From assembly GCA_016198685.1 (NCBI GenBank), contig JACQID010000004.1:32001-96000 (forward strand): a DNA stretch of 64,000 bases, written 5' to 3'. The DNA comes from Candidatus Aenigmatarchaeota archaeon. Its GTDB lineage: Archaea; Aenigmatarchaeota; Aenigmatarchaeia; GW2011-AR5. Below the pieces are notes generated by a model. That model had not been told where the DNA came from. It saw only the letters and a program-made list of their open reading frames with translations, and did not search any database. Shown here one piece after another: positions 55,197 to 64,000 of the stretch; within the stretch, counting starts at the first letter, position 1; every line of letters starts with the position of its first letter. Position numbers and translations under genes: made by a program.

Positions 55197-56723
55197 ATGC
55201 CGGCGATGATACCTATAGGTGAGTTACAAGAGAAAGGAAAAATAATTCATGAAATAAAGGGATACTTACCGTCTGCATATGCAAGATACATTGATTGGAA
55301 CAACATAAAAGAGCCTCAAGCAATTCAGTATACTTCACCTGAAGCGATGCACGCGTATAATCTTGCAGCAATCCGGAGCTATGTGAGCACTCTGGCAAAT
55401 CATGATGCCATTCCTAGGGATGCCGGGGAAGAAATAAGCCAGAAACTTACACGAGAAAATGTCACGTTTCTTTCTGCAGACGAGTGGGAGAGTATACTGC
55501 GCCATGACGTTCGCGGTCTGGTTAGGGCATGCCAGGATAAGCTTAGCGAGAAGGCGACAAGGTGGCTTTATCTTGGGCTTACAAGTTATGATGTCATAAA
55601 CACCGCGCAGAGCGCCGCACTACGGGATGTTGCATATGAACTTATTATTCCGGAAGGCGTGAAGCTTGGTAATACGATGATAAGACGGGCAAAGGAACAT
55701 AGGGATACGGTGATTGCAGGCCGAACGCACAGGCAGCATGCAGCTGCGACCACTGTAGGCCACTGGATCGGAGAGACGCTTGATGGATATGTTCCTGCAT
55801 TGAATCTTTCTGCAGATCGTACTGATGAATTAAAGGGAAAAATACAGGGTTTTGTGGGAACAAGAGCCGCTCCTCATGCTTTATTTCGCGACAGGATAAA
55901 TCCCAGAACCCTTGAAACAGAAACTTTAGCTAAACTTGGGCTTGAGCCTTCACTTATTTCCTCGCAAGTCTTGCATCCTTATCATTACGCACAGTACTTT
56001 TTCCCGTTTATTCTTCTTTACGGCAGCATGGCAAAGTTTGCCAATGATGTAAGGAATTTTCAGCAGACTGAAGTCGGGGAAATATATGAAGCAAGACTTT
56101 CCGAGAGGGTGGGTTCTTCAACCGGCGCAACAAAAAGAAATCCCATAACCTCAGAAAACATAGGAGGCCATTGGAGGCAGCTCAAGCCCAAGGTTATCAG
56201 TATACTTGACGATTATATTACTGACTTCCAGCGTGATCTACAGGATTCTGCAAACAAAAGATATTACATGAATGAAGTTCCCCAGATAGTTCTGCATGGA
56301 ATCAGGAGTACTGAAAGGATAGCAAATAATATGACGATAAGGGCTGACCGGGCGCTCCAGAATCTTGGCGTAACGCAGGGTCTTATACTCGGAGAGCCTC
56401 TCCAGTTGTATCTTCAGGTTCATTGTGCAGAGAGAGGAATGAACGTTGATACTCATGAGCATGTCAGGTTGCTTGCCGATCGCGCGATAGAAGACGGCGA
56501 ACCTTTTTTCGAATACATGCAGCGGGATAGTCTCGTGCGTGGCATGCTCAATGAGATGCATCCGGAAGACAAGGAAATGCTTCTCAATCCTGAAAAATAT
56601 CTTGGAACTGCAAAAGAAGACATGGACAGAGCGATAGGGATATGGGAGCGCGATCTTGATGTTCTTAGCAACAGAGCTCAAGCGTATAAGGAAATGAGGT
56701 TGCAGAGAGTCAAATCCAGTTGA
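55197..56723 (+). CDS. purB: Adenylosuccinate-lyase-family enzyme, divergent
   Basis: RHDV, GLTSYDV, GRTH.QHA..TT.G.W, G.VGT, GSST...KRNP..SE motifs. Confidence 0.82.
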   Translation: MPAMIPIGELQEKGKIIHEIKGYLPSAYARYIDWNNIKEPQAIQYTSPEAMHAYNLAAIRSYVSTLANHDAIPRDAGEEISQKLTRENVTFLSADEWESILRHDVRGLVRACQDKLSEKATRWLYLGLTSYDVINTAQSAALRDVAYELIIPEGVKLGNTMIRRAKEHRDTVIAGRTHRQHAAATTVGHWIGETLDGYVPALNLSADRTDELKGKIQGFVGTRAAPHALFRDRINPRTLETETLAKLGLEPSLISSQVLHPYHYAQYFFPFILLYGSMAKFANDVRNFQQTEVGEIYEARLSERVGSSTGATKRNPITSENIGGHWRQLKPKVISILDDYITDFQRDLQDSANKRYYMNEVPQIVLHGIRSTERIANNMTIRADRALQNLGVTQGLILGEPLQLYLQVHCAERGMNVDTHEHVRLLADRAIEDGEPFFEYMQRDSLVRGMLNEMHPEDKEMLLNPEKYLGTAKEDMDRAIGIWERDLDVLSNRAQAYKEMRLQRVKSS

Positions 56724-57681
56724 CTTCCACCTCATCCGTCCTCCAGTTCTGCCAGAAGTCTGATTTTTCAATTGGCTTTGCGCCGTTTTTATATTGAACC
56801 AATCCGGTATAAGCGATATTCGCGCCGTTGTCGCCTGCAAACTCCATTGGGACAGGATAAAAAATTGCATTGCGCTCCTCGCACATTATGCGGCACATTT
56901 CCTGCAGGCGTTTGTTTGCGGCAACGCCGCCGACAAGGAGGAGCTCATTCTTGCCGGTGTGGGCCATTGCCCGTTCTGCAACTTCAACGAGCATCGAAAA
57001 GCAAGTTTCCTGGAAAGAAAATGAGATGTCTTCCAGCTTTTGCGAAGCAAGCTTGTTTTTAGCGGCAGTGAGTATTCCGGAAAACGAGAGATCCATGCCT
57101 TTCACGACATAAGGCATCTCGATATACTTCCCTTCCTTTGCCAGTTTTTCCATGACAGGGCCGCCCGGGAATTGCTTTCCGGCAGCCCGCATCAGCATGT
57201 CTATCGCATTGCCGATCGCAATATCCTGGGTCTCCCCGAACACGCGATACCGGCCGTTAAAGTAGCCAATGATCTGCGTATTGCCGCCTGAAACGTAAAG
57301 CATTATCGGGTCTTTCGCTCCTGTGCATAATTTGCCTATCTCTATGTGCGCAACGCAATGGTTCACTGGTATCAAAGCCTTTCCGTATTTTTCAGCAAGC
57401 GCTCCTGCAAATTCTGCTGTCACTCGAAGGCACGGAGGAAGTCCGGGTCCTGCCGAATAAGAAATGATGTCAGCGTCTTCTATGCTTATTTTTGCTTTCT
57501 CAAGCGCCCTCTTCAACATTTCATCTTTCAACTCAAGATGGTGCTTCTTGGCCTCCCCTGGATGAATGCCCCATCCTTCAGGAGGCTTGTACATATCGCG
57601 TTCATTTGCGAGAATTTTCCCATCCATGGCAATCCCAACACCGAGCGTATGAGACGTGCCCTCTATTCCTATTGATATCAT
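56710..57681 (-). CDS. kae1: tRNA N6-adenosine threonylcarbamoyltransferase Kae1
   Basis: GIEGTSHT, GPGLPPCL, NHCVAHIEIG, VSGGNTQ, GETQDIAIGN, GMDLSFSG, DNGANIA motifs. Confidence 0.97.
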   Translation of the reverse strand: MISIGIEGTSHTLGVGIAMDGKILANERDMYKPPEGWGIHPGEAKKHHLELKDEMLKRALEKAKISIEDADIISYSAGPGLPPCLRVTAEFAGALAEKYGKALIPVNHCVAHIEIGKLCTGAKDPIMLYVSGGNTQIIGYFNGRYRVFGETQDIAIGNAIDMLMRAAGKQFPGGPVMEKLAKEGKYIEMPYVVKGMDLSFSGILTAAKNKLASQKLEDISFSFQETCFSMLVEVAERAMAHTGKNELLLVGGVAANKRLQEMCRIMCEERNAIFYPVPMEFAGDNGANIAYTGLVQYKNGAKPIEKSDFWQNWRTDEVEVNWI

Positions 57682-57732
57682 GACAAAATCAAATGCTCAT
57701 CAATATAAAAAACTTCCCCCACAACTCTACTT

Positions 57733-58101
57733 ATGTTCCATCCTGGCAGAGTTCTGGAAGTTTTTCCAAGCAAGCACAAGGAAATCAATTCCGGCAACGC
57801 TTCTACGCAAGTCATGCTCGATATGTGGGACGAGAATCTTATCACGGTTGTTGTTGATCCAAAGCTCGCGGCAAAGATAAAGAAGGACGATGTCGTGCTT
57901 GTCGATTACACTCCTATGCAAGACAAGCCCGGTCCGACGCTTTCTGTAACAAAAATACTGAAAGGCGCGATAGCCAAGAACACATGGTCAACTTACAAGG
58001 ATCATCACAAGAAAAAGAAAGGCGGAGGAAAGAATATAGTTCAGATTCCTCAAGGCATCCAAATAGAACAGCCCGCCCAGGCGCAGGCTTACGTGGGCTG
58101 A
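57733..58101 (+). CDS. Hypothetical protein
   Basis: 122 aa ORF with beta-rich N-terminus; TATA-like AATATAAAAA upstream. Confidence 0.7.
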   Translation: MFHPGRVLEVFPSKHKEINSGNASTQVMLDMWDENLITVVVDPKLAAKIKKDDVVLVDYTPMQDKPGPTLSVTKILKGAIAKNTWSTYKDHHKKKKGGGKNIVQIPQGIQIEQPAQAQAYVG

Positions 58102-58170
58102 CTATATATCACGGAAACGGACGTGTATAATTGTCATTAGTTTAGAAGCACGATGGATAAAATAAAGAAC

Positions 58171-58797
58171 CTAACCATCCTCGAAAAATAAAATAACAAA
58201 AATACCTTTGCTGTTTTCTTTTTCTATTTCTTTAACAGAAGATAACAATTCATTTAAATTACTTATAAGGTACTTAGTCGCATATTTAATCACGCTATCG
58301 ATAATGTCTTCGGTTAGATTTTTAGTCATCATCTCTACAGTTACTTCCTTCATCTTTTTCTCGTGCAACATAACGTCTGATGTGTAATGTGTTAAATAAG
58401 CGGAATTTTCTGTGACAAAACGTTCAGTTACAAATTCGGAAACTCGGTTCTTTAGATTCGGTTCCAATTTTTCTAGTTCGTCTTTAAATTCTGTCAATTC
58501 GTTTGGTGTAAGAAATCCTATAATTTCTTCCCACATACTGCCGGGTGTCATACCACGTGGCAATGTAAGGCTCTTTGAGCCTAATTTCATTTCAATATTT
58601 TTCGCTTTTATGTTTGGGTTAGGAAATAAATTTTCAAGAAGCTCCTTCAGATTCCTGGATTGAATGGACAGGAATTTCTCTAATAGATACATTTCCGAAT
58701 AATGTGCAGAGGGGTGATGACCGTCCCATAAAATTAGCTCATGTCTTTTTGGCTCTTCTAGAACATAAAGTTTGCTTAAACTAATATCCGAACCCAT
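58171..58797 (-). CDS. AT-rich hypothetical protein (probable recent acquisition)
   Basis: 208 aa ORF, much lower GC than flanks (13/60 G+C at 58201-58260). Confidence 0.7.
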   Translation of the reverse strand: MGSDISLSKLYVLEEPKRHELILWDGHHPSAHYSEMYLLEKFLSIQSRNLKELLENLFPNPNIKAKNIEMKLGSKSLTLPRGMTPGSMWEEIIGFLTPNELTEFKDELEKLEPNLKNRVSEFVTERFVTENSAYLTHYTSDVMLHEKKMKEVTVEMMTKNLTEDIIDSVIKYATKYLISNLNELLSSVKEIEKENSKGIFVILFFEDG

Positions 58798-58956
58798 TTC
58801 ACTCTAGAACTTCGTGTTCATACACGTATTTATACCTTAAATAGAGGCATTTAGTGGACTCAAAATTTCTTATCGTCAACTCCAATTCAAGCCAGTGTTG
58901 CTGTTTTGTATTCAAGTAGATGACGTTTACTTAAAAGTTCGCACAAATCAAGAAAG

Positions 58957-59232
58957 CTACGCCTTCTTGGTGATCTCGGACCAGTGGCATTTGCCGCAGT
59001 ATTTCCTGTTTTGATAAGCAGCGATGAAAGTGCCGGGGCCGCATCTTGGGCAGGATTCGTTCTTTCTCTTGACAGCGCCGCCTTCAACCTTGTAGAGTTT
59101 CCATGCTTGGACCTTGGCATGCTTCTTCTTGGATTTTGGCCTGTCCTTCTGGCTCTTCTTCTCTTTTTTCTTCTCTACCGGTTTCGGGGCTTCTTCAACT
59201 TTAACTGCTTCCTTTGGTGCTGGTTTTGCCAT
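58957..59232 (-). CDS. rps27ae: 30S ribosomal protein S27ae (eS31) with a Lys-rich N-terminal extension
   Basis: RKNESCPRCGPGTFIA...RKYCGKC zinc ribbon. Confidence 0.95.
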   Translation of the reverse strand: MAKPAPKEAVKVEEAPKPVEKKKEKKSQKDRPKSKKKHAKVQAWKLYKVEGGAVKRKNESCPRCGPGTFIAAYQNRKYCGKCHWSEITKKA

Positions 59233-59245
59233 TGATCATCAACCT

Positions 59246-59521
59246 CTATTCTTTCTTTTCTTCAGCAGGCTTCGGCTTGCTGAGATCCTCGACCTTTTTC
59301 TCTTTCCATACATAAGCCTTGCCTGTAGAAACACCTATCCCATTTTCCGAGTGAATGCTGAGTATCTGAACGTTCTCGGCATCCTTCTTTGTTTCCTTGG
59401 CGATTTCAGCCTGCACGACTGCCTTGGAAGGCGTTGCGTTTTTGTCGTGAGTTAACTTTACGGTAAGCTCCTTCCTTTCCATATAAGGATTCTCTTTTTC
59501 GTTGATAATAGACATTTTCAT
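59246..59521 (-). CDS. rps24e: 30S ribosomal protein S24e
   Basis: KENPYMERKEL, H..NATPSK motifs; conserved position. Confidence 0.9.
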   Translation of the reverse strand: MKMSIINEKENPYMERKELTVKLTHDKNATPSKAVVQAEIAKETKKDAENVQILSIHSENGIGVSTGKAYVWKEKKVEDLSKPKPAEEKKE

Positions 59522-59531
59522 ATTTTTTCAC

Positions 59532-59711
59532 CTACACTCTTATCGCGTAAGTTCCCGGCGCGCTTATGCCAAGCTTTTTTGCGATTTCTGAATTTACATC
59601 GAATATCATCACAGCGCCTTGGAAGCTGCTAGTCAGTTCTGAAGTTTGGCATACCGGGCACACTGAGCCTTCCACAATTCTTTTGCACTTCCTGCACGCT
59701 CTTCTTGCCAT
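59532..59711 (-). CDS. spt4: Transcription elongation factor Spt4 (RpoE2)
   Basis: Hand-translated MARRACRKCKRIVEGSVCPVCQTSELTSSFQGAVMIFDVNSEIAKKLGISAPGTYAIRV; missing from the ORF track. Confidence 0.95.
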   Translation of the reverse strand: MARRACRKCKRIVEGSVCPVCQTSELTSSFQGAVMIFDVNSEIAKKLGISAPGTYAIRV

Positions 59712-59728
59712 TCTTCATTCACGTCCAA

Positions 59729-60301
59729 TCATTTTTTCTCTTCTTTCTTCGGTTCCTTAGTCGTCTTCTTCTTGTCTCTTTCGAGCCATTCAAGAGCGCC
59801 CATGCAAGGCTGTCTCATGGTAAGTGAGATCTTGCTTCTTCCCTTGCCGAGGGACACCCCAACAACTCTTGCGCGTATTATATTGCCTTCCTGCAGCTTG
59901 TTGCCGGTTTTCTTTCCGGTAAATACAGAGTTCTTCGGGTCATACGCCATTTTGTCGTCCATAACCTGAGAAACATGAATAAGTGCATCTATCGGGCCTA
60001 TTCTTGTGAATGCGCCGAACTCGGTAACATCAACAACTTCTCCAAGAACCATTTCATTGACTTCGGGCCTGTATACAAGGATCTTAAACTGGGCAGGATA
60101 GTGTATAGCGCCATCTTCAGGCACGATAGATCCTTCGCCTACTTCCATGACATCCGTTACAGCCAGCAAAACACCGAGTTCTGGAAATATCTTGCCTTCT
60201 ATTGTCTCCTGAAGGCTTTCCTTGATTGCATCGTTAATTTCAAGGCCAAATTTGGCTGGGAGTACCCTTACGTTATCCTTTATCGTTACAGTTTTGAACA
60301 T
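59729..60301 (-). CDS. rpoE1: RNA polymerase subunit Rpo7 (E')
   Basis: VRVLP..FG, I.P.DGA, TEFGAF.RIGP.D.LIHVSQ, LTMRQP.MG..EW motifs. Confidence 0.97.
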   Translation of the reverse strand: MFKTVTIKDNVRVLPAKFGLEINDAIKESLQETIEGKIFPELGVLLAVTDVMEVGEGSIVPEDGAIHYPAQFKILVYRPEVNEMVLGEVVDVTEFGAFTRIGPIDALIHVSQVMDDKMAYDPKNSVFTGKKTGNKLQEGNIIRARVVGVSLGKGRSKISLTMRQPCMGALEWLERDKKKTTKEPKKEEKK

Positions 60302-60306
60302 ATTTT

Positions 60307-62277
60307 TTACACCAATGAAAACGTGACTATCACATGCACAAATATGATAGCTATTACGTTCATAACCTTTATTAATGGATTGATAGCCGGGCCTGAAGTG
60401 TCCTTAAAGGGATCGCCCACAGTATCGCCGACTACTGCAGCCTTATGAGCATCAGAACCCTTGCCTCCAAAAGCGCCTTTTTCGATATACTTCTTTGCAT
60501 TATCCCATGCGCCGCCAGCTGTTGTCATGAGTATTGCCATGAGAAAGCCGGTGACTATGGAGCCCATGAGAAGGCCTCCAAGTGCTACAGGGCCAAGCAA
60601 TATGCCGACAAGCAGAGGCGATGCTACAGAGAGGATGCCGGGCAATGCCATTTCTTTCAGAGCAGACGTTGTGACGATATCGACGCATCTGCTGTAATCC
60701 GGTTTTGCCTTGCCTTTGAGTATGCCCATCTTGAATTGAGCTCTGACTTCTTCAACTACGCCGTAAGCGGCCTTGCCGACGGCAGCCATTGTCATGGCAG
60801 AGAATAGGAACGTTACTATGCCTCCAATCATGAGGCCTGCGAGCACGAACGGATCGTCAATCTTGAAGGAAATTATCTCAGTGATTCCTGCACTTGCACG
60901 GGCAGAATTCACTTCTGAAACATACGTCGCAAATAGCGTCAATGCCGCGAGCGCGGCAGAGCCTATTGCAAATGCTTTAGTCACGGCTTTGGTCGTATTA
61001 CCTACTGCATCCAGAGCATCGGTGACTTCCCTGATATTCTTGTCAAGCTTGGACATCTCGGCTATTCCGCCGGCATTGTCTGTGATAGGACCGTAGGCGT
61101 CCATGGTTATTACTATGCCTGTAAGGGACAGCATCGCCATGACCGCAACAGCGACTCCATAGATCCCTGCCAGATAATATGAAACCAGTATCCCTCCTGC
61201 AACTATCAATGCAGGCAATGCCACGGACTGCATTCCCACCGCAAGGCCGGCGATCATTGTTGTAGCCGGTCCGGAGCGCGATGACTCAGCTATGTAGCGC
61301 ACAGGCGCATGTTTTTCAGAAGTATAGTATTCGGTCACTGCGAAGAGAAGCACTGAGATGCCCAACCCTACAAGAGAGGAATAGAAGATATTTCCTTCAA
61401 GGACGAAGTAAAGTATAATTGCCGAAAGTATTACTGATGTGAAAAGGCCCCTGTAAAGGGCGCCCATTATGCTCTTTCCGCCCCGTATTGCGTATACGCC
61501 TATGACTGATGCCGCGAGCGCAACAGCCCCTATGATTAAAGGCGTTTCAGCTGAGAAGCCCAGCAAAGATCCTATGAGCATTGCACCGAGAGCCGAAACA
61601 ACGTATGTTTCGAAAAGATCCGCGGCCATTCCTGCGCAATCGCCGACATTATCGCCCACATTGTCTGCTATTACGGCCGGGTTTCTTGGGTCGTCTTCAG
61701 GTATGCCTGCCTCAATCTTGCCTACAAGATCAGCGCCGACATCGGCTGCTTTGGTGTAGATGCCTCCGCCGACTCTGGCAAAAAGGGATATTAACGAAGC
61801 GCCAAAACCAAGGCCGATAAGCATGAACGGATCATTATAGATATAATAGAAAGATGTCAATCCCAAAAGCGCGAGTCCTGCAACGAACATGCCTGTGACT
61901 GCGCCTCCCTTGACGGCCGTGTCAAGGGCTCTCGCAAGGCCGTGCTTGGCTGCGGCTGCCGTTTTGACATTCGCGCGTACAGATATCTGCATGCCCACGT
62001 ATCCTGCAAGTGCGGAAAGAACCGCGCCCGCAGCAAATGTTATTCCAGTAGGAATACTGATGAATGCTGCAAGGAGAACGGCAATGGCAGCTGCAAAAAC
62101 AGCCACGGTTTTGTACTGTCTTTTCAGGTAAGTATTAGCGCCAACTCGTATGGCTGCAGCAATCTCTTCCATCTTGTCATTGCCGCGCTCGCGAAGGAGC
62201 ACGTTGCGAGCCAGAAAGCCGGAAAATGCAATAGCAAGCACGCTGGCGGCAAAAGGTAATTCAAGCATTCTTATCAC
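60307..62277 (-). CDS. hppA: Membrane H+-translocating pyrophosphatase, predicted K+-independent
   Basis: DVGADLVGKIE, DNVGDNVGD, LDAVGNTTKAVTK (Lys at the determinant site), GDTVGDPFKD motifs. Confidence 0.96.
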   Translation of the reverse strand: MIRMLELPFAASVLAIAFSGFLARNVLLRERGNDKMEEIAAAIRVGANTYLKRQYKTVAVFAAAIAVLLAAFISIPTGITFAAGAVLSALAGYVGMQISVRANVKTAAAAKHGLARALDTAVKGGAVTGMFVAGLALLGLTSFYYIYNDPFMLIGLGFGASLISLFARVGGGIYTKAADVGADLVGKIEAGIPEDDPRNPAVIADNVGDNVGDCAGMAADLFETYVVSALGAMLIGSLLGFSAETPLIIGAVALAASVIGVYAIRGGKSIMGALYRGLFTSVILSAIILYFVLEGNIFYSSLVGLGISVLLFAVTEYYTSEKHAPVRYIAESSRSGPATTMIAGLAVGMQSVALPALIVAGGILVSYYLAGIYGVAVAVMAMLSLTGIVITMDAYGPITDNAGGIAEMSKLDKNIREVTDALDAVGNTTKAVTKAFAIGSAALAALTLFATYVSEVNSARASAGITEIISFKIDDPFVLAGLMIGGIVTFLFSAMTMAAVGKAAYGVVEEVRAQFKMGILKGKAKPDYSRCVDIVTTSALKEMALPGILSVASPLLVGILLGPVALGGLLMGSIVTGFLMAILMTTAGGAWDNAKKYIEKGAFGGKGSDAHKAAVVGDTVGDPFKDTSGPAINPLIKVMNVIAIIFVHVIVTFSLV

Positions 62278-62633
62278 TCTATGAATATACGCTTCTTTTG
62301 TTTAAGCCGCAAAACTTTAATACCTGATTCCTTGAGTTTTTTTATCAACGCAGCGTCATTCGTGGCGACGGCGTAGCCTTTTTCGGCTTTTTCCATGAGG
62401 CTAAAATCTGTGTTACCGGAGGCTTCGATAATTTTGACACCCTTTTTTTGCAAAAGCTCAAGTGCCACACGAGCTGCCGGGGCATCTTTCTTCCTGCTTC
62501 CCGCGAGCTTTTCAAGTTCTTGGATGCACGAACTTAATGTAAACAGATCGTTGCCCTGAAGTTCTCCGAACACATCGGCTTTGAACTGGGCTACTGCCAT
62601 GAGGAAATTGGTATCAAGCAGGATTTTCATCAT
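62274..62633 (-). CDS. PIN-domain protein (Fcf1/UTP23-like)
   Basis: ILLDTNFLM, EL..L, VATND..L motifs; conserved neighbour of rpoE1. Confidence 0.9.
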   Translation of the reverse strand: MMKILLDTNFLMAVAQFKADVFGELQGNDLFTLSSCIQELEKLAGSRKKDAPAARVALELLQKKGVKIIEASGNTDFSLMEKAEKGYAVATNDAALIKKLKESGIKVLRLKQKKRIFIE

Positions 62634-62703
62634 TTATATATAAGAAACCCCTTTTTAAGGGCCAATATGTTTATATATATTTACTATTTAGTAGTCATGA
62701 AAT

Positions 62704-63786
62704 ATGTCATTAAACCATCATGAATATGGAATCGGTGCCCGTCATTATGGACCTCCGTTATTGATACCAGATACGTCAGCTTTGGTAAAAGCAGGCCAGA
62801 ATGACATGGGCGTGTATTCGTCCCTGGCTGAAATGAGGAAGGAATTATCTGGGATGGGCATGATGCCAAATTCTAGGATTGCGGATACTGTATTTTTACG
62901 GAGAGTTTCTGAGGAATATCATAGGTTGCATGAGAAAGGAGCGAGGAATGAGTACGGAATCCCTAAGGCATGTTATGCGATGCTGGAACAGGGAGACATC
63001 ACAGAATTTCCGGAGAGCCTGAAACCGGCTCTTGCACAGACAAGAAAGCTCTGGAAGTCGACTTCCAGGAAAGCATGGCAAGGGAACGGCCCTGGGAAAA
63101 CAGACGAGGATATAATCACGTTGGCTCTCTACCATGCAAGAAACGGATCTATTTGCTACGTCATGACATACGATGACGATATACGCGCGCCGCTGGCGCA
63201 GGCGATGAAGGAGTATACGAATTTGCGTCTCTGCAGACAATCTCTTCATCCGGCAGGCGCCATAGTCATGGAAATGGAAGAACGCGGAGAAGCGTTATTG
63301 TTTCCTCCAGAGATATTGGGTGCCATATATGGAATGGCTACGCCGAGAGCGCCTGAATATTATCTTCTCGCCGCAAAAGTTCCTTTGGCGGGTAAACTGG
63401 AAGAGGCGGCACTTTCCATACATCCCATACAGGATTGCATCAGGAAGGAAGAAAGCGGGGTTTCACGTTACCGGATTTTCCCGGTCGATTTAGACGAAAT
63501 AAGGGGCAAGGCAAATGCGGAGAGAATAAAGAAGGACTATGCGAAGCAGTCAACGGAGCGGCTTTCCGGCCCAATGATTCTTAAGATAACGAAAACGCGT
63601 AAATACGGCGTGATGGAGATGCGAGTAGATAGAATTGACAATAAAATCCGCGGAGGCCGTGTGGTGACAAGCTATACCACCGATATCCCGAGGCCATGGA
63701 TACATGTAGAAAACAGATACCTAAAAGAATTCTCGCCGGAAACCCTCGAAGCAATAAAAGAAGCGAAAAGCCGCCATCCAAAATAG
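62704..63786 (+). CDS. PIN-like domain fused to an unknown C-terminal domain
   Basis: LIPDTSALV, V.EE, DEDIITLA and VMTYDDDI acidic PIN-type positions. Confidence 0.6.
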   Translation: MSLNHHEYGIGARHYGPPLLIPDTSALVKAGQNDMGVYSSLAEMRKELSGMGMMPNSRIADTVFLRRVSEEYHRLHEKGARNEYGIPKACYAMLEQGDITEFPESLKPALAQTRKLWKSTSRKAWQGNGPGKTDEDIITLALYHARNGSICYVMTYDDDIRAPLAQAMKEYTNLRLCRQSLHPAGAIVMEMEERGEALLFPPEILGAIYGMATPRAPEYYLLAAKVPLAGKLEEAALSIHPIQDCIRKEESGVSRYRIFPVDLDEIRGKANAERIKKDYAKQSTERLSGPMILKITKTRKYGVMEMRVDRIDNKIRGGRVVTSYTTDIPRPWIHVENRYLKEFSPETLEAIKEAKSRHPK

Positions 63787-63908
63787 ATGCTTCGTAAAAC
63801 ATACAGATTTTCCGTATAAAAACTTATCGAGTCAAGAATTATGTATAAATATTACAACAAAGCCCTATTGCTACAATGTACTGATGGGCTTTTGATTACG
63901 GTGTAAAA

Positions 63909-64000
63909 ATGGTTACAGTGGATAAAGCCGTCATAGCACGGCTGGATAAAGGGGGCAAGCATTTTGAGGTGCTTGTGGACCCGGAACTTGCCTACGCCTT
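63909..64000 (+). CDS. sdo1: Ribosome maturation factor SBDS/Sdo1 (5' part)
   Basis: MVTVDKAVIARLDKGGKHFEVLVDPELAY matches the SBDS N-terminus. Confidence 0.92.
   Translation, partial: MVTVDKAVIARLDKGGKHFEVLVDPELAYA

Noticed and set aside
1-64000. IS elements, integrases, rRNA genes, reverse transcriptase/DGR
   Set aside because: No transposase, recombinase or RT motifs, terminal inverted repeats or rRNA signatures were seen.

Overview
A 64 kb stretch of an archaeal chromosome, probably from a small-genome DPANN-like lineage (inferred from gene content, not proven). It has no rRNA, no true CRISPR array and no transposase or integrase. The housekeeping backbone includes the PIN-(hppA)-rpoE1-spt4-rps24e-rps27ae...kae1 gene order, thrS, gltX, elp3, sua5, trm5/taw1/taw2/trm56, adk, a DRG GTPase, the start of sdo1, and three tRNAs: Gly-CCC with a 50-nt BHB intron, Pro-GGG and Gln-TTG. 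A gluconeogenic/lower-glycolysis operon runs DUF2090 aldolase-like, glpX, pgk, gap, tpiA. The standout is a ~9 kb block (6880-16021) directly behind the 3' end of tRNA-Gly. It puts the whole preQ0 (7-cyano-7-deazaguanine) pathway (FolE2/MptA, QueD, QueE, QueC) together with a GT2 glycosyltransferase, a PIG-L deacetylase, a NodU/TobZ-type O-carbamoyltransferase, a SAM methyltransferase, a broken PLP aminotransferase and two KsgA/Erm-like methyltransferases. No TGT, ArcS or DpdA lies in the window, so this looks like a deazapurine-glycoside biosynthetic or hypermodification cluster. Two intergenic segments (about 6670-6870 + and 45895-46153 -) show nested, G-U-consistent helices and may be unannotated structured RNAs. 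Several single-base frameshifts fall in homopolymer runs, so some pseudogene calls may be sequencing errors.
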